Shown here piece after piece: positions 29,047 through 38,886 of a DNA stretch of 64,000 bases; the first letter of the stretch is position 1; every line of letters starts with the position of its first letter. The stretch comes from Desulfovibrionaceae bacterium (GTDB lineage Bacteria > Desulfobacterota > Desulfovibrionia > Desulfovibrionales > Desulfovibrionaceae), in contig JAVVPD010000001.1 in assembly GCA_036655975.1 (NCBI GenBank), positions 12,047 through 76,046 of the forward strand, read 5' to 3'. Below the pieces are notes generated by a model that saw nothing but the letters and a program-made list of their open reading frames with translations, had not been told where the DNA came from and ran no database searches. Both the position numbers and the translations under genes were made by a program.

Positions 29047-29718
29047 ATGCACAATACCCTTCGCGCCTGTATTTTTGACCTTGACGGAACCCTCATTGAC
29101 AGTCTGGCCGACCTTGCGGATGCCGCCAATGCCAGCCTTAGGGCGGCGGGCTACCCGACACACGCCACCAATGCGTACCGAAACTTTGTGGGCAATGGCA
29201 TCAAAGTGCTCATCCAGCGCGCCCTGCCAAAGGCTGAGGCCCAGAACCTAGACCCGCTGCGCCTGCAAACGATTGTCGATGACATGAGCCGCCGCTATGC
29301 CCTCAATTGGCATGCCAAAACCCGCTGCTACGCGGGCATAGCCACGCTGGTAACGCAATTACATGAGCAGGGCCTGCCTTTGGCGGTTTTATCCAACAAA
29401 CCCCACGCCTTCACCTGCGAAATTGTCGACTACTTTTTCCCGTCCCACCCCTTTCACCTCGTCTACGGTGCGCGGCCCGACCAGCCCCATAAACCCGACC
29501 CCACCGTCGCCCTGCACATAGCCCAAGAACTGGCCCTCCCCCCCGCCCGGGTGGCTTTCATCGGCGACAGCAACGTGGACATTCACACGGGCGTCCGTGC
29601 GGGCATGTCCGCCATCGGCGTTTGCTGGGGCTTTCGTACCCGCGAAGAACTTATCAGCGCAGGGGCCACTGCTCTTGTGGAGCAGCCCGCAGACATCGCC
29701 CTGCTGCTGGCACCCTAA
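29047..29718 (+). CDS. HAD-superfamily hydrolase, phosphoglycolate phosphatase-like
   Basis: HAD motif I IFDLDGTLIDS, motif II LSNK, and motifs III/IV KPDP ... IGDSNVDI. Confidence 0.85.
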   Translation: MHNTLRACIFDLDGTLIDSLADLADAANASLRAAGYPTHATNAYRNFVGNGIKVLIQRALPKAEAQNLDPLRLQTIVDDMSRRYALNWHAKTRCYAGIATLVTQLHEQGLPLAVLSNKPHAFTCEIVDYFFPSHPFHLVYGARPDQPHKPDPTVALHIAQELALPPARVAFIGDSNVDIHTGVRAGMSAIGVCWGFRTREELISAGATALVEQPADIALLLAP

Positions 29719-29741
29719 TACCTTTTTGTAAGGAGCTTGCG

Positions 29742-30734
29742 ATGAAACGCTGTTGTACTTTGTGTGTATGCGTCTTGGGCCTGACCCTGTTTATGGCGGG
29801 TTCGGCCTTAGCTGCAGAACGATTGATGGTGTACACGTCCATGAAAGAATCCCTCATGGGCAGTGTTAAAAAAGCCTTTGCGGCAAAACACCCCGAAGTT
29901 GTACTGGATTATCAGTCCGCTGGCGCGGGTAAATTGATGGCGAAAATTGCCGCCGAACGCGAAGCCGGCAAAATTCTGGCCGATGTACTCTGGACCAGTG
30001 AAGTGCCCGACTTTTATAAGCTCAAAGCAGAAGGTTTGCTACAGCCCTACACCTCACCGGAAATCAAAAATATTTTGAACCCTCTGCCCGACTTTGACGG
30101 CTCCTTCACGCCTTTGCGCCTCGGCACCTTGGGCATTGCCTACAATCCCCGCTTCATCAAAGAAGCCCCCACCCAGTGGGCAGACCTTAAGAAGCCCGCC
30201 TACAAAGGCGCTTTTGGTATTGCCAACCCCGCGCTTTCGGGCACGTCCTACATGAGCGTGGCCCTGCTCGTTGATAAATTTGGGTGGGAATTCATTGAAG
30301 CCCTCAAGGCCAACAAAGCCAAAATGGGCAAGGGCTCCGGTCAAGTCATCGACGATACCGCCTCCGGCGACCTTGTTGCCAGCTTGGCTGTAGACTACAT
30401 TACCAACGATAAAATCAGCAAGGGCGCAACCCTGAAAATGGCCTATCCGCCAGAAATGCTGGTTATTCCTAGCCCTTGTGCTATCTTTAAAGGCGCAAGC
30501 AACGTGGCTGCCGCACAAAAGTATATCGATTTCATGCTGTCCAAGGAAGGTCAGACCATTGTTGCGGCGGAAGGAACCCTGCCCGTGCGGACGGACGTGG
30601 TCGTCCCCCCCCAATTCGGCCTGCCAAGCCCCGCCGAAGCCATGCAGCGCGCTATCAAAATCGACTATCAGCGTCTGATCAGCACCAAGGAAGAAACGGT
30701 CAAAAAATTTACCGGCATTATGCAAGGCAAATAA
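29742..30734 (+). CDS. Periplasmic solute-binding protein, family 1 (Fe3+/AfuA-like); no cognate permease or ATPase in the window
   Basis: Signal peptide MKRCCTLCVCVLGLTLFMAGSALA. Overall similarity to FbpA/AfuA-type binding proteins (LMVYTSM...G.GKL..KI..E). Confidence 0.8.
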   Translation: MKRCCTLCVCVLGLTLFMAGSALAAERLMVYTSMKESLMGSVKKAFAAKHPEVVLDYQSAGAGKLMAKIAAEREAGKILADVLWTSEVPDFYKLKAEGLLQPYTSPEIKNILNPLPDFDGSFTPLRLGTLGIAYNPRFIKEAPTQWADLKKPAYKGAFGIANPALSGTSYMSVALLVDKFGWEFIEALKANKAKMGKGSGQVIDDTASGDLVASLAVDYITNDKISKGATLKMAYPPEMLVIPSPCAIFKGASNVAAAQKYIDFMLSKEGQTIVAAEGTLPVRTDVVVPPQFGLPSPAEAMQRAIKIDYQRLISTKEETVKKFTGIMQGK

Positions 30735-30764
30735 AGACCTGTGATATTTGCATAAACTGAGAAA

Positions 30765-30795
30765 GCGGGGGGGGGAGGCACAGGCCTCCCCCCGC
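30765..30795 (+). terminator. GC-rich hairpin after the binding-protein gene (GCGGGGGGGGGAGGC-ACAG-GCCTCCCCCCGC)
   Basis: Read from the sequence. No T-run follows. Confidence 0.4.
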
Positions 30796-30801
30796 ACACG
30801 C

Positions 30802-30900
30802 TTAAAGCCGTTTACGCATACACTGTGTCTACAGGCGTAGGCGAAATTTACTTTCGCCGTAAAGTGCCGGCGGGAGCGTCTGGAATCAAAAATGCTTTAA
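30802..30900 (-). repeat. Intergenic repeat copy A, full length (about 99 nt, both modules, ends TTAAAGC/GCTTTAA)
   Basis: GGCGTAGGCGAAATTTACTTTCGCCGTAAAGTGCC (L module, 7-bp hairpin GGCGAAA/TTTCGCC) followed by GGCGGGAGCGTCTGGAATCAAAAATGCTTTAA (R module). The R end contains the purH TAA stop. Confidence 0.85.
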
Positions 30901-32174
30901 TGCTTAAACGACCTTTGTCCGGTAAACACCATGGCGACTTGCGGGGTGGATTCGTTGCAGGCCATAATGATTTCGTAATCACGCATTGAGCCACCGGGTT
31001 GGGCAATGGCGGTAAGGCCTTGGGCAATGGCAACATCCACACCATCGCGGAAGGGGAAAAAGCCGTCGGAAACCATAACGGTGCCGCGCAAGCCGCCGCA
31101 AGAAACGCGGGTTTGTTCTTCAATGCGGGCCACCTGAGCGGCAACAGCAGAATCCGTAGCCGCTTTTTGCTTAAGCTCGTACAAAGACAGACCGCTTTCA
31201 CGGAAAGCAAGGGTATCCGCATACTTAGTATAGGCCTTATGAATGGCAAGCTCCACACAGCCCACGCGGTCCTGTTCCCCAGTGCCGATGGCAACGGTTG
31301 CGCCATTGTGGGCAAAAATCACGGAATTGGAGGTCACCCCAGCTTCCACGGCCCACGCAAAACGCAGGTCGTCCATTTCTTGAGGGCTGGGCTTACGGGC
31401 ACTAACGCTGAGGCCTTCCTTGGTGGTGGCGGTCGCAGGCAAAAAATCACAGGCCGTCTGAATGCGGTTCACAAACGATTTTTGCAGCACGATGCCGCCG
31501 TCGCTCAGGCTCTTGATATCAAGAAAGGCTGATTGGGTTAATTCCTCCAGCCGAGCAAGACCGGGCAAGTGGATAATGCGTAAGTTTTTGCGTTGGGACA
31601 AGAGCGCAACCACCCCAGCTTCAAAGGCGGGGGCCGCGACCACTTCAAAATAATTATCGGCAATCAACGTGGCGGCAGCCATATCCAAAGGACGGTTAAC
31701 CACCACGGCCCCGCCAAAGGCGGCTATCCGGTCGCACCAAAAGGCTTTTTCTAAAGCCTCGGCAACGCTCACCCGCGACCAGGCGGCTCCGCAAGGATTA
31801 TTGTGTTTCAGAATAACGGCGGCAGGATAATCTGTCAAATATTGTAAAATATTCGCCCCATTATCCACATCGGTAAGATTGGTCTTTCCCGGATGCTTCC
31901 CGGCTTGAATCATTTGTTTTTCGGTCATGGCGGAAACAATGCCCTTGCCCGCGCCGCGCCAGCTCAGACCACCGCAAGAAATTGCGCCGTCCACCAATGC
32001 GTACAAGGCGGCGGGTTGATCGGGATTTTCACCGTAACGCAAGCCTTTTTCTTCACCTTCCAACACCCACGTGCGTTTACGATAGGTCAGAACTTCTTCA
32101 CCCAAAGTTATGGTCATGGTGTCTGGAAACACCTCTTTTTGCATAGTCTTATACATATCTTTCAGATTGCTCAT
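30897..32174 (-). CDS. purH: AICAR formyltransferase (PurH C-terminal domain only; no IMP cyclohydrolase/MGS-like domain)
   Basis: LRYGENPDQ lies about 50 aa from the N-terminus, and the protein ends in the PurH-type MVFTGQRSFKH. ATG at 32174 with AGGAGGAG upstream. Confidence 0.88.
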   Translation of the reverse strand: MSNLKDMYKTMQKEVFPDTMTITLGEEVLTYRKRTWVLEGEEKGLRYGENPDQPAALYALVDGAISCGGLSWRGAGKGIVSAMTEKQMIQAGKHPGKTNLTDVDNGANILQYLTDYPAAVILKHNNPCGAAWSRVSVAEALEKAFWCDRIAAFGGAVVVNRPLDMAAATLIADNYFEVVAAPAFEAGVVALLSQRKNLRIIHLPGLARLEELTQSAFLDIKSLSDGGIVLQKSFVNRIQTACDFLPATATTKEGLSVSARKPSPQEMDDLRFAWAVEAGVTSNSVIFAHNGATVAIGTGEQDRVGCVELAIHKAYTKYADTLAFRESGLSLYELKQKAATDSAVAAQVARIEEQTRVSCGGLRGTVMVSDGFFPFRDGVDVAIAQGLTAIAQPGGSMRDYEIIMACNESTPQVAMVFTGQRSFKH

Positions 32175-32318
32175 GGCTAACTCCTCCTGTCGGCCCCTTG
32201 TAACACAAGGAATACGAACGGGCAATTACACGCCGGATTGCGCCACGGGACAAAGCCGGTAAAAAACCTTTGTCAGCCAGCCGAGTTTACGGTACTACAC
32301 AGGCACACGGGGGAGCAT

Positions 32319-32669
32319 ATGGAACATCTTTTGATCAAACTCGCGCGTCAGCTGGACGCTATGGACGAAGCTTCGTTGATGTCTTTATGGGATCAATACG
32401 CCGACACGGTCAGCCACTTTGAACCCTCGCGGCGTTGGGAAGAGGCGGCTCTGGTTTTTTCGCTTATTCAGGCCAAACGCTGGAAAAACCAACTCTTCAA
32501 CTACCACTGGTCGCATCAAATGCAGCCCCATGACGGCGAATTAGCCCCCAATGCCTTCACCTTGGAAGTGCCCCCCTCAGAAACCGAGGGCCGCACCGGC
32601 GATGGGAGCCCCCAAAAGCGGTGCAAGATTCTGAGCTTCAGGCCTGCCAAGAGTGACAAGCCCACGTAA
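32319..32669 (+). CDS. Hypothetical small protein (116 aa)
   Basis: ATG at 32319 preceded by GGGAG. The N-terminal two thirds look like a real helical protein. The last ~93 nt overlap the convergent mltF-like gene. Confidence 0.4.
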   Translation: MEHLLIKLARQLDAMDEASLMSLWDQYADTVSHFEPSRRWEEAALVFSLIQAKRWKNQLFNYHWSHQMQPHDGELAPNAFTLEVPPSETEGRTGDGSPQKRCKILSFRPAKSDKPT

Positions 32670-33899
32670 AATATGGTAATACCAGCGTACTTTTCCCACA
32701 AACAGTACGGCCTCATTGCCTCTACAGGTATTTTGTCCCACCATGGCGGCGTATTTGGGTTTTGCCAATAGGGGATAGACTTCCTTAAGTTCGCGCCACG
32801 TATTGCCGCTGCCCCCCAATTTACGCGAAAGCTGCCGCGCCCCTTCAAGGCGGCGCGGCCCCTGATTAAAGGCCGCCAGCGTAAAGAACCACCGATCCCA
32901 TTCTTCAATACCCTGATCTTCCAAGTCTTTCCACAGCATCCGTAAATACTGGGCCCCCCCGCGCAAGGCTTGGGTCGAATCGAGTCGATTCACCTTCAAG
33001 TCGCGGGCGGTTTCCTTGGTCAATTGCATAATGCCCTGTACGCCAGTATGGCTCACCGTGCCGGCATTGAGCCGAGATTCTTGAATAATCACGGCTGTAA
33101 ACAGCAAGGGATCGATATTGGCCCGATCGGCGGCTTGGGCAATCACCTGGCTATAGCGGGGCAGGCGTTTACGCACGATGCCGAGAAAATCCAACACCGC
33201 ATAGGGATCCACACTGTTGGGTAGATACCCGTAATAGCGTTCTTCCAATTGTTCCAACACGGTATCTTCTGGGTCAAGTAATTGCGCCCAAAAGGCTTGC
33301 ATGTGCTGATCAAGCACAGGGTTACGGCTGTCCCAAAACCAACGGAAGGCCTCTTGGGGGCTCGCCTCATCCGTGGCGGCATCACTGCCTGCCAAATTGT
33401 CCACAAAGGGTTCCCACACCGACCACGAACGCGCGTCCAAAAAGTGCATACTTGCTGCAGGGGAAGCACCGTCGCTTTTTTCCAGTGAGGGCAAGGAAGC
33501 CGGAACGGTACGGGCGTGATAATACGCCGGCCCGACGCTCAAGTCACCCGTGCGGGACGTGGGCAGCGCGTCATTGAGGGCACCAAAACCCACCGCCACA
33601 TGGGCCTGTCCCGCACGCAGCAGCTCAAGGGCTTCATCACGGCTAACGGCTGTGCGCCATTCAATCGGCACGCTGGCGCTCACACCTCCCGAAGCGCCTT
33701 GCCAAAATTTTTCCAGCAATTCGCGTTCAAAGCCCACCCCAAAGGGAGCTAACAGCCCTGTTGTGGCTTCGTAGGGGGCCGTAACCACAATCAGCCGTTC
33801 CGGCAAACGTGCGGGGGACAAATACCACAGCCCCAGTGTGACCCCCAGCAGGGTGCCTAAAAACAGTACATCAATAATATATAAAGGGATTCTTTTCAT
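32577..33899 (-). CDS. Membrane-bound lytic murein transglycosylase, MltF-like (binding-protein-like N domain plus SLT domain)
   Basis: SLT catalytic region AVIIQESRLNAG..SHTGVQGIMQLT...A.RGGAQYL. N-terminal anchor MKRIPLYIIDVLFLGTLLG. Confidence 0.82.
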   Translation of the reverse strand: MKRIPLYIIDVLFLGTLLGVTLGLWYLSPARLPERLIVVTAPYEATTGLLAPFGVGFERELLEKFWQGASGGVSASVPIEWRTAVSRDEALELLRAGQAHVAVGFGALNDALPTSRTGDLSVGPAYYHARTVPASLPSLEKSDGASPAASMHFLDARSWSVWEPFVDNLAGSDAATDEASPQEAFRWFWDSRNPVLDQHMQAFWAQLLDPEDTVLEQLEERYYGYLPNSVDPYAVLDFLGIVRKRLPRYSQVIAQAADRANIDPLLFTAVIIQESRLNAGTVSHTGVQGIMQLTKETARDLKVNRLDSTQALRGGAQYLRMLWKDLEDQGIEEWDRWFFTLAAFNQGPRRLEGARQLSRKLGGSGNTWRELKEVYPLLAKPKYAAMVGQNTCRGNEAVLFVGKVRWYYHILRGLVTLGRPEAQNLAPLLGAPIAGAALGF

Positions 33900-33965
33900 A
33901 GCTCCGCTCACGCGCAAAGCCTGCGGAAAAAGCCTTTTTACGCTCCAACAAATATCAATAGCAAA

Positions 33966-33994
33966 TTGACTTCACGGATAACGCAGTATATAAA
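33966..33994 (+). promoter_or_regulatory. Sigma-70-type promoter candidate for purA (TTGACT, 17 nt spacer, TATAAA)
   Basis: Read from the sequence. It would give a leader of about 115 nt. Confidence 0.4.
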
Positions 33995-34099
33995 AATACA
34001 CGGCTTTGTGCTTTATGCGATTTTAAGTGCTCCGTGCGAAACGTCCGGTCGCGTTTCCGGCAACCTTGCTCACACATTATTACTTTTGGACTACTATAG

Positions 34100-35395
<1,296 letters not shown>

Positions 35396-35449
35396 CATTC
35401 CTCCCCAAGCGGTACTGCCGCTTGGGGAGACTTTTTATACGAGACCATT

Positions 35450-36394
35450 ATGGACTGTTTCAGCCCAGCCCTTCAGGCCGCTATGGATCGCATCCGCGCT
35501 ATCCTCACGCCCCTTGGCAACAGTCCCCCCCAATGTCTGCTGTTTGAAGGCGGCACCGCGCAAAGCCGTATGGCTTTGGCTCATTGGTGGGCTGCCCATC
35601 TGAATTGCAGCGCCAGCCCCGCCCCTTCCCCCGCAGGCCCCTGCCTTCAGTGCGATGTCTGCACCCGTATTGGCAGCCAAAACCACAGTGATGTCCTGAT
35701 TTTTGACGGGCGTATCTCCAATAAAGAAGATACCGAAAATCCCGGCCCCGTGCGCGCCTTCACCATGGATAATGTGCGCCAGCTCAAGGGCCTGCTCGGC
35801 GACACCCCCCGACACGCGCGCCACCGCGTTGTCATTTTGACGGGCATTGACCACAGCCGAGACGAAGCCGCCAATGCCCTGCTCAAAGCTTTGGAAGAGC
35901 CTTCCCCCTCCACCGTTTTTGTGCTGCTCTGCCCCCAGCGCGAGCAATTGCTGCCCACCCTTGTTTCCCGCTCGTGGGTGCTGACCCTACCGTGGCCCCA
36001 TGAGAACACCACTCCTGACGCAGCCCCCCCCCACCTTGCCCCGTGGTACGAAGCCCTAGCCCGCTTTTTGCAAGCCCCCGGCAGCCCGCACAGTGGCACG
36101 GGCTGGCTTGAGCGTAGTGCTGCCAAAGGCGCGGTAGACCTTGAAATAGCCACAAGCATTCTGATGCATTGCCAAAAAATGCTCACCCGCGCTTTGTCCA
36201 GCTCCCCCCCCCACAACCTAGCGCCCTTGGGCCTGTTCTTTGCCCGCTTAAGCCCGCTCCAGTGCGCCACCGCTGTGGACGTGCTGGCCCAAGCTCAGGA
36301 AGCCCTACACGCCAACGTCACTCCCGCCCGTGTGCTGGATTGGCTCATACTTCAGCTCTACGCCCTACACAGCACTCACCCCAGAGGAGCCTGA
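35450..36394 (+). CDS. holB: DNA polymerase III delta-prime subunit-like protein
   Basis: Clamp-loader features: the Zn-module-like CLQCDVC and ANALLKALEEPSPSTVFVLL ... LPTLVSRS. Confidence 0.75.
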   Translation: MDCFSPALQAAMDRIRAILTPLGNSPPQCLLFEGGTAQSRMALAHWWAAHLNCSASPAPSPAGPCLQCDVCTRIGSQNHSDVLIFDGRISNKEDTENPGPVRAFTMDNVRQLKGLLGDTPRHARHRVVILTGIDHSRDEAANALLKALEEPSPSTVFVLLCPQREQLLPTLVSRSWVLTLPWPHENTTPDAAPPHLAPWYEALARFLQAPGSPHSGTGWLERSAAKGAVDLEIATSILMHCQKMLTRALSSSPPHNLAPLGLFFARLSPLQCATAVDVLAQAQEALHANVTPARVLDWLILQLYALHSTHPRGA

Positions 36395-36395
36395 C

Positions 36396-37193
36396 ATGTC
36401 CTCCCTAAGCTCCCCCCAAAAATCCACCGTGCTTATTATCGAAGACAGCCACCTGCAAGCCAAAATTATCCGCAATCATATTCAGCTCTACACCACCTTT
36501 CCCGTGCTTATGGCCCATACCCTCGCCGATGCCGAGAGCGTATTGACCCAATACGCCGACACGATCTATGTTGCCGTCATCGACTTGAACCTCCCCGACG
36601 CCCCTGACGGCGAAGCCGTGGATCTGTGCTTGAGCTGGAAAGTGCCCTCCGTTGTTCTGACAGCCAGCTTCAACGAGATTATCCGCAACACCTTTATCAG
36701 CAAATGCGTGGTCGACTATTTCTTCAAAGGCTCTATTCAAGATATGAATCCCATGATCACCAGCATGGAGCGCATCTACCACAACCAGAGTGTGACAGTG
36801 CTTGTGGTGGACGATTCCCGCAGTCAGCGCCGCCAGATGCGTACGCTGCTCGAAGTGCAGCGCCTTAATGTGCTGGAGGCCGCTGACGGTGTGGAAGCCC
36901 TTGAAGTTTTTGCCGCCAATCCCCACGTCAGCTTGGTCATCACCGACTTTCAAATGCCCCACATGGACGGCTTAGAGTTGATTCGCGAATTACGCAATCG
37001 CTACAGCGGTCAGCAACTCGCTATTATCGCCGTTTCTGCTGTAGGTTCTGGCGCCCTCACCGCCCAGTTTCTTAAAAATGGGGCCAATGATTTTCTCACT
37101 AAACCCTTTGAAGTGGAAGAATTCTACTGGCGCGTCAACCAGACCTTGGAAATGTTAGACTTGCTCAAAAGTGTCCGTGAGCGGAACCTCTAG
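36396..37193 (+). CDS. Response regulator made of two tandem receiver domains, no output domain
   Basis: REC1 VLIIEDSHL...AVIDLNLPDAPDG...VVLTAS...FKG. REC2 VLVVDDSRSQR...LVITDFQMPHMDG...IIAVSA...FLTKPF. The ATG is 1 nt after the holB TGA. Confidence 0.85.
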   Translation: MSSLSSPQKSTVLIIEDSHLQAKIIRNHIQLYTTFPVLMAHTLADAESVLTQYADTIYVAVIDLNLPDAPDGEAVDLCLSWKVPSVVLTASFNEIIRNTFISKCVVDYFFKGSIQDMNPMITSMERIYHNQSVTVLVVDDSRSQRRQMRTLLEVQRLNVLEAADGVEALEVFAANPHVSLVITDFQMPHMDGLELIRELRNRYSGQQLAIIAVSAVGSGALTAQFLKNGANDFLTKPFEVEEFYWRVNQTLEMLDLLKSVRERNL

Positions 37194-37205
37194 CGCGTGT
37201 AACAC

Positions 37206-37237
37206 TTAAAGCCTTTTTGATTCCAGACGCTCCCTCC
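37206..37237 (+). repeat. Intergenic repeat copy D (R module only)
   Basis: TTAAAGCCTTTTTGATTCCAGACGCTCCCTCC. It starts 13 nt after the response-regulator TAG and ends 13 nt before the convergent asnS stop. Confidence 0.8.
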
Positions 37238-37250
37238 CCCGCTGTGGGTA

Positions 37251-38615
37251 TTAAAATTCCAAACTCCCCGGTGTTCTCGGGAAGGGGATAACGTCGCGGA
37301 TATTGGTGATGCCGGTCAGCATCATGAGCAGGCGCTCAAAACCAAGACCGAAGCCGGCGTGAGGCGCGGAGCCGTAGCGGCGTAGATCAAGATACCACCA
37401 ATAGTCTGCAGGATCCTGATGAAGTTCTTGAATGCGGCGGGTGAGCACGTCAAGGCGCTCTTCGCGTTGGGAGCCGCCGATAAGTTCGCCAATGCGGGGT
37501 ACGAGCACGTCCATGGCGGCCACGGTTTCGTCGTCATCATTAAGGCGCATATAGAAGGCCTTAATACTTTTGGGATAATCGTACACGGCTACGGGCCGGC
37601 GAAAGTGCTCTTCGGCAAGATAGCGCTCATGCTCTGTTTGCAGATCAATACCAAAAGCCACGGGAAATTCAAAGCTTCGCTCACAATTTTCAAGAATTTT
37701 GATGGCTTCAGCATAGGGGATACGGGCAAAGGGCTGGGCAATCATGCTTTGCAGGCGGGCAAGGAGTTCGGTATCCACAAAGCGGTTGAACAGGTCTAAA
37801 TCTTCAGCGCAGTGGGTGAGCACATCGTCAATAACCGCTTTCGTCAGGCCCTCCGCCAGATCCATATTGTCAAAAATATCGGCAAAGGCCATTTCCGGTT
37901 CGATCATCCAGAATTCGGCGGCGTGACGCGGGGTATTGGAATTTTCAGCACGAAAGGTAGGCCCGAAGGAATAAACCCGTCCAAGCCCTAAAGCAAGGGC
38001 TTCGGCTTCCAGTTGACCGGACACGGTGAGATTACAGTCCTTCCCGAAAAAGTCGCCTTTGCTGTCACTGTCGCCGCGAGGCTGACTGGTCACGCGAAAC
38101 ATTTCCCCCGCACCTTCGCAGTCCGACCCCGTAAGCAGGGGCGTATGCACATAGTAAAAGCCCTCATCGCGAAAATATTTGTGCACGGCGTGGGCCGCCG
38201 CTGAACGGATGCGGAAGGCAGCCCCGTATTTATTGGTACGCGAACGCAGATGGGCAATGGTGCGTAAAAATTCGTCCGAATGCCGCTTTTTTTGCAGCGG
38301 AAAACTTTCCTGATCGGCCTTGCCAAAGACACTAAGCTCATGGGTACGCAATTCCCATTTTTGCCCCTTCCCCAAGGATTCAACAAGTGCGCCCTTCACT
38401 TGCACGGCGGCCCCGGTATTGACCTCTTCCAGTGCGGCAAAGGCAGGGCTGCCTTCGTCTACAATACATTGAATATTGGCAAGGCAAGAACCGTCATTTA
38501 TTTCCAAAAATGAAAAGCCCTTAGAATCTCGCCGTGTGCGTACCCAACCGCACAGGGTCATCGAGGTGTGGGGACAAGCCGAACCGAGGGCCGTAACAAT
38601 ACGCGTGCGCTGCAT
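37251..38615 (-). CDS. asnS: Asparagine--tRNA ligase
   Basis: Class IIb motifs [29 protein letters not shown] and [10 protein letters not shown]. 454 aa. Confidence 0.93.
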   Translation of the reverse strand: MQRTRIVTALGSACPHTSMTLCGWVRTRRDSKGFSFLEINDGSCLANIQCIVDEGSPAFAALEEVNTGAAVQVKGALVESLGKGQKWELRTHELSVFGKADQESFPLQKKRHSDEFLRTIAHLRSRTNKYGAAFRIRSAAAHAVHKYFRDEGFYYVHTPLLTGSDCEGAGEMFRVTSQPRGDSDSKGDFFGKDCNLTVSGQLEAEALALGLGRVYSFGPTFRAENSNTPRHAAEFWMIEPEMAFADIFDNMDLAEGLTKAVIDDVLTHCAEDLDLFNRFVDTELLARLQSMIAQPFARIPYAEAIKILENCERSFEFPVAFGIDLQTEHERYLAEEHFRRPVAVYDYPKSIKAFYMRLNDDDETVAAMDVLVPRIGELIGGSQREERLDVLTRRIQELHQDPADYWWYLDLRRYGSAPHAGFGLGFERLLMMLTGITNIRDVIPFPRTPGSLEF

Positions 38616-38886
38616 GGTAAGCTCCTATGAGCAGGGTTTGGGATACGGAAAAACACTACACACATTCGCCGTGCCTGCCAAGCAGACCCCTGAGCCTTTC
38701 GTGGGGGCCTTCTTTTCCGCGTGTATAAAAAAAAATCTTTTTCCCCTACATGTACTAATTGCGATAGTATTTCCCGCATGAAGCTGCAATCGTACTTTCA
38801 TAAGACAATGTCCTGACCCCTTTATGCACGCAGATATTATATATAGCATTCTACAGACATTGTTACGTCTTACGCAAACGGCGCCT

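Noticed and set aside
30869-30900. A GGAGGGAG ... ATG-CTT-TAA/TAG mini-ORF (Met-Leu-stop) inside the R module of repeat copies A, B, C and E.
   Set aside because: The SD-like block is about 15 nt from the ATG, which is too far. Copy D has AGG instead of ATG. The ATG...TAA is simply the reverse complement of the TTAAAGCAT terminus that overlaps stop codons on the other strand.
32175-32318. A ZTP (pfl) or purine riboswitch upstream of purH and purA.
   Set aside because: The conserved GACUGGCG / CCGCCUGGGC (ZTP) and purine-riboswitch core sequences are absent. Only a generic 7-bp hairpin is present.
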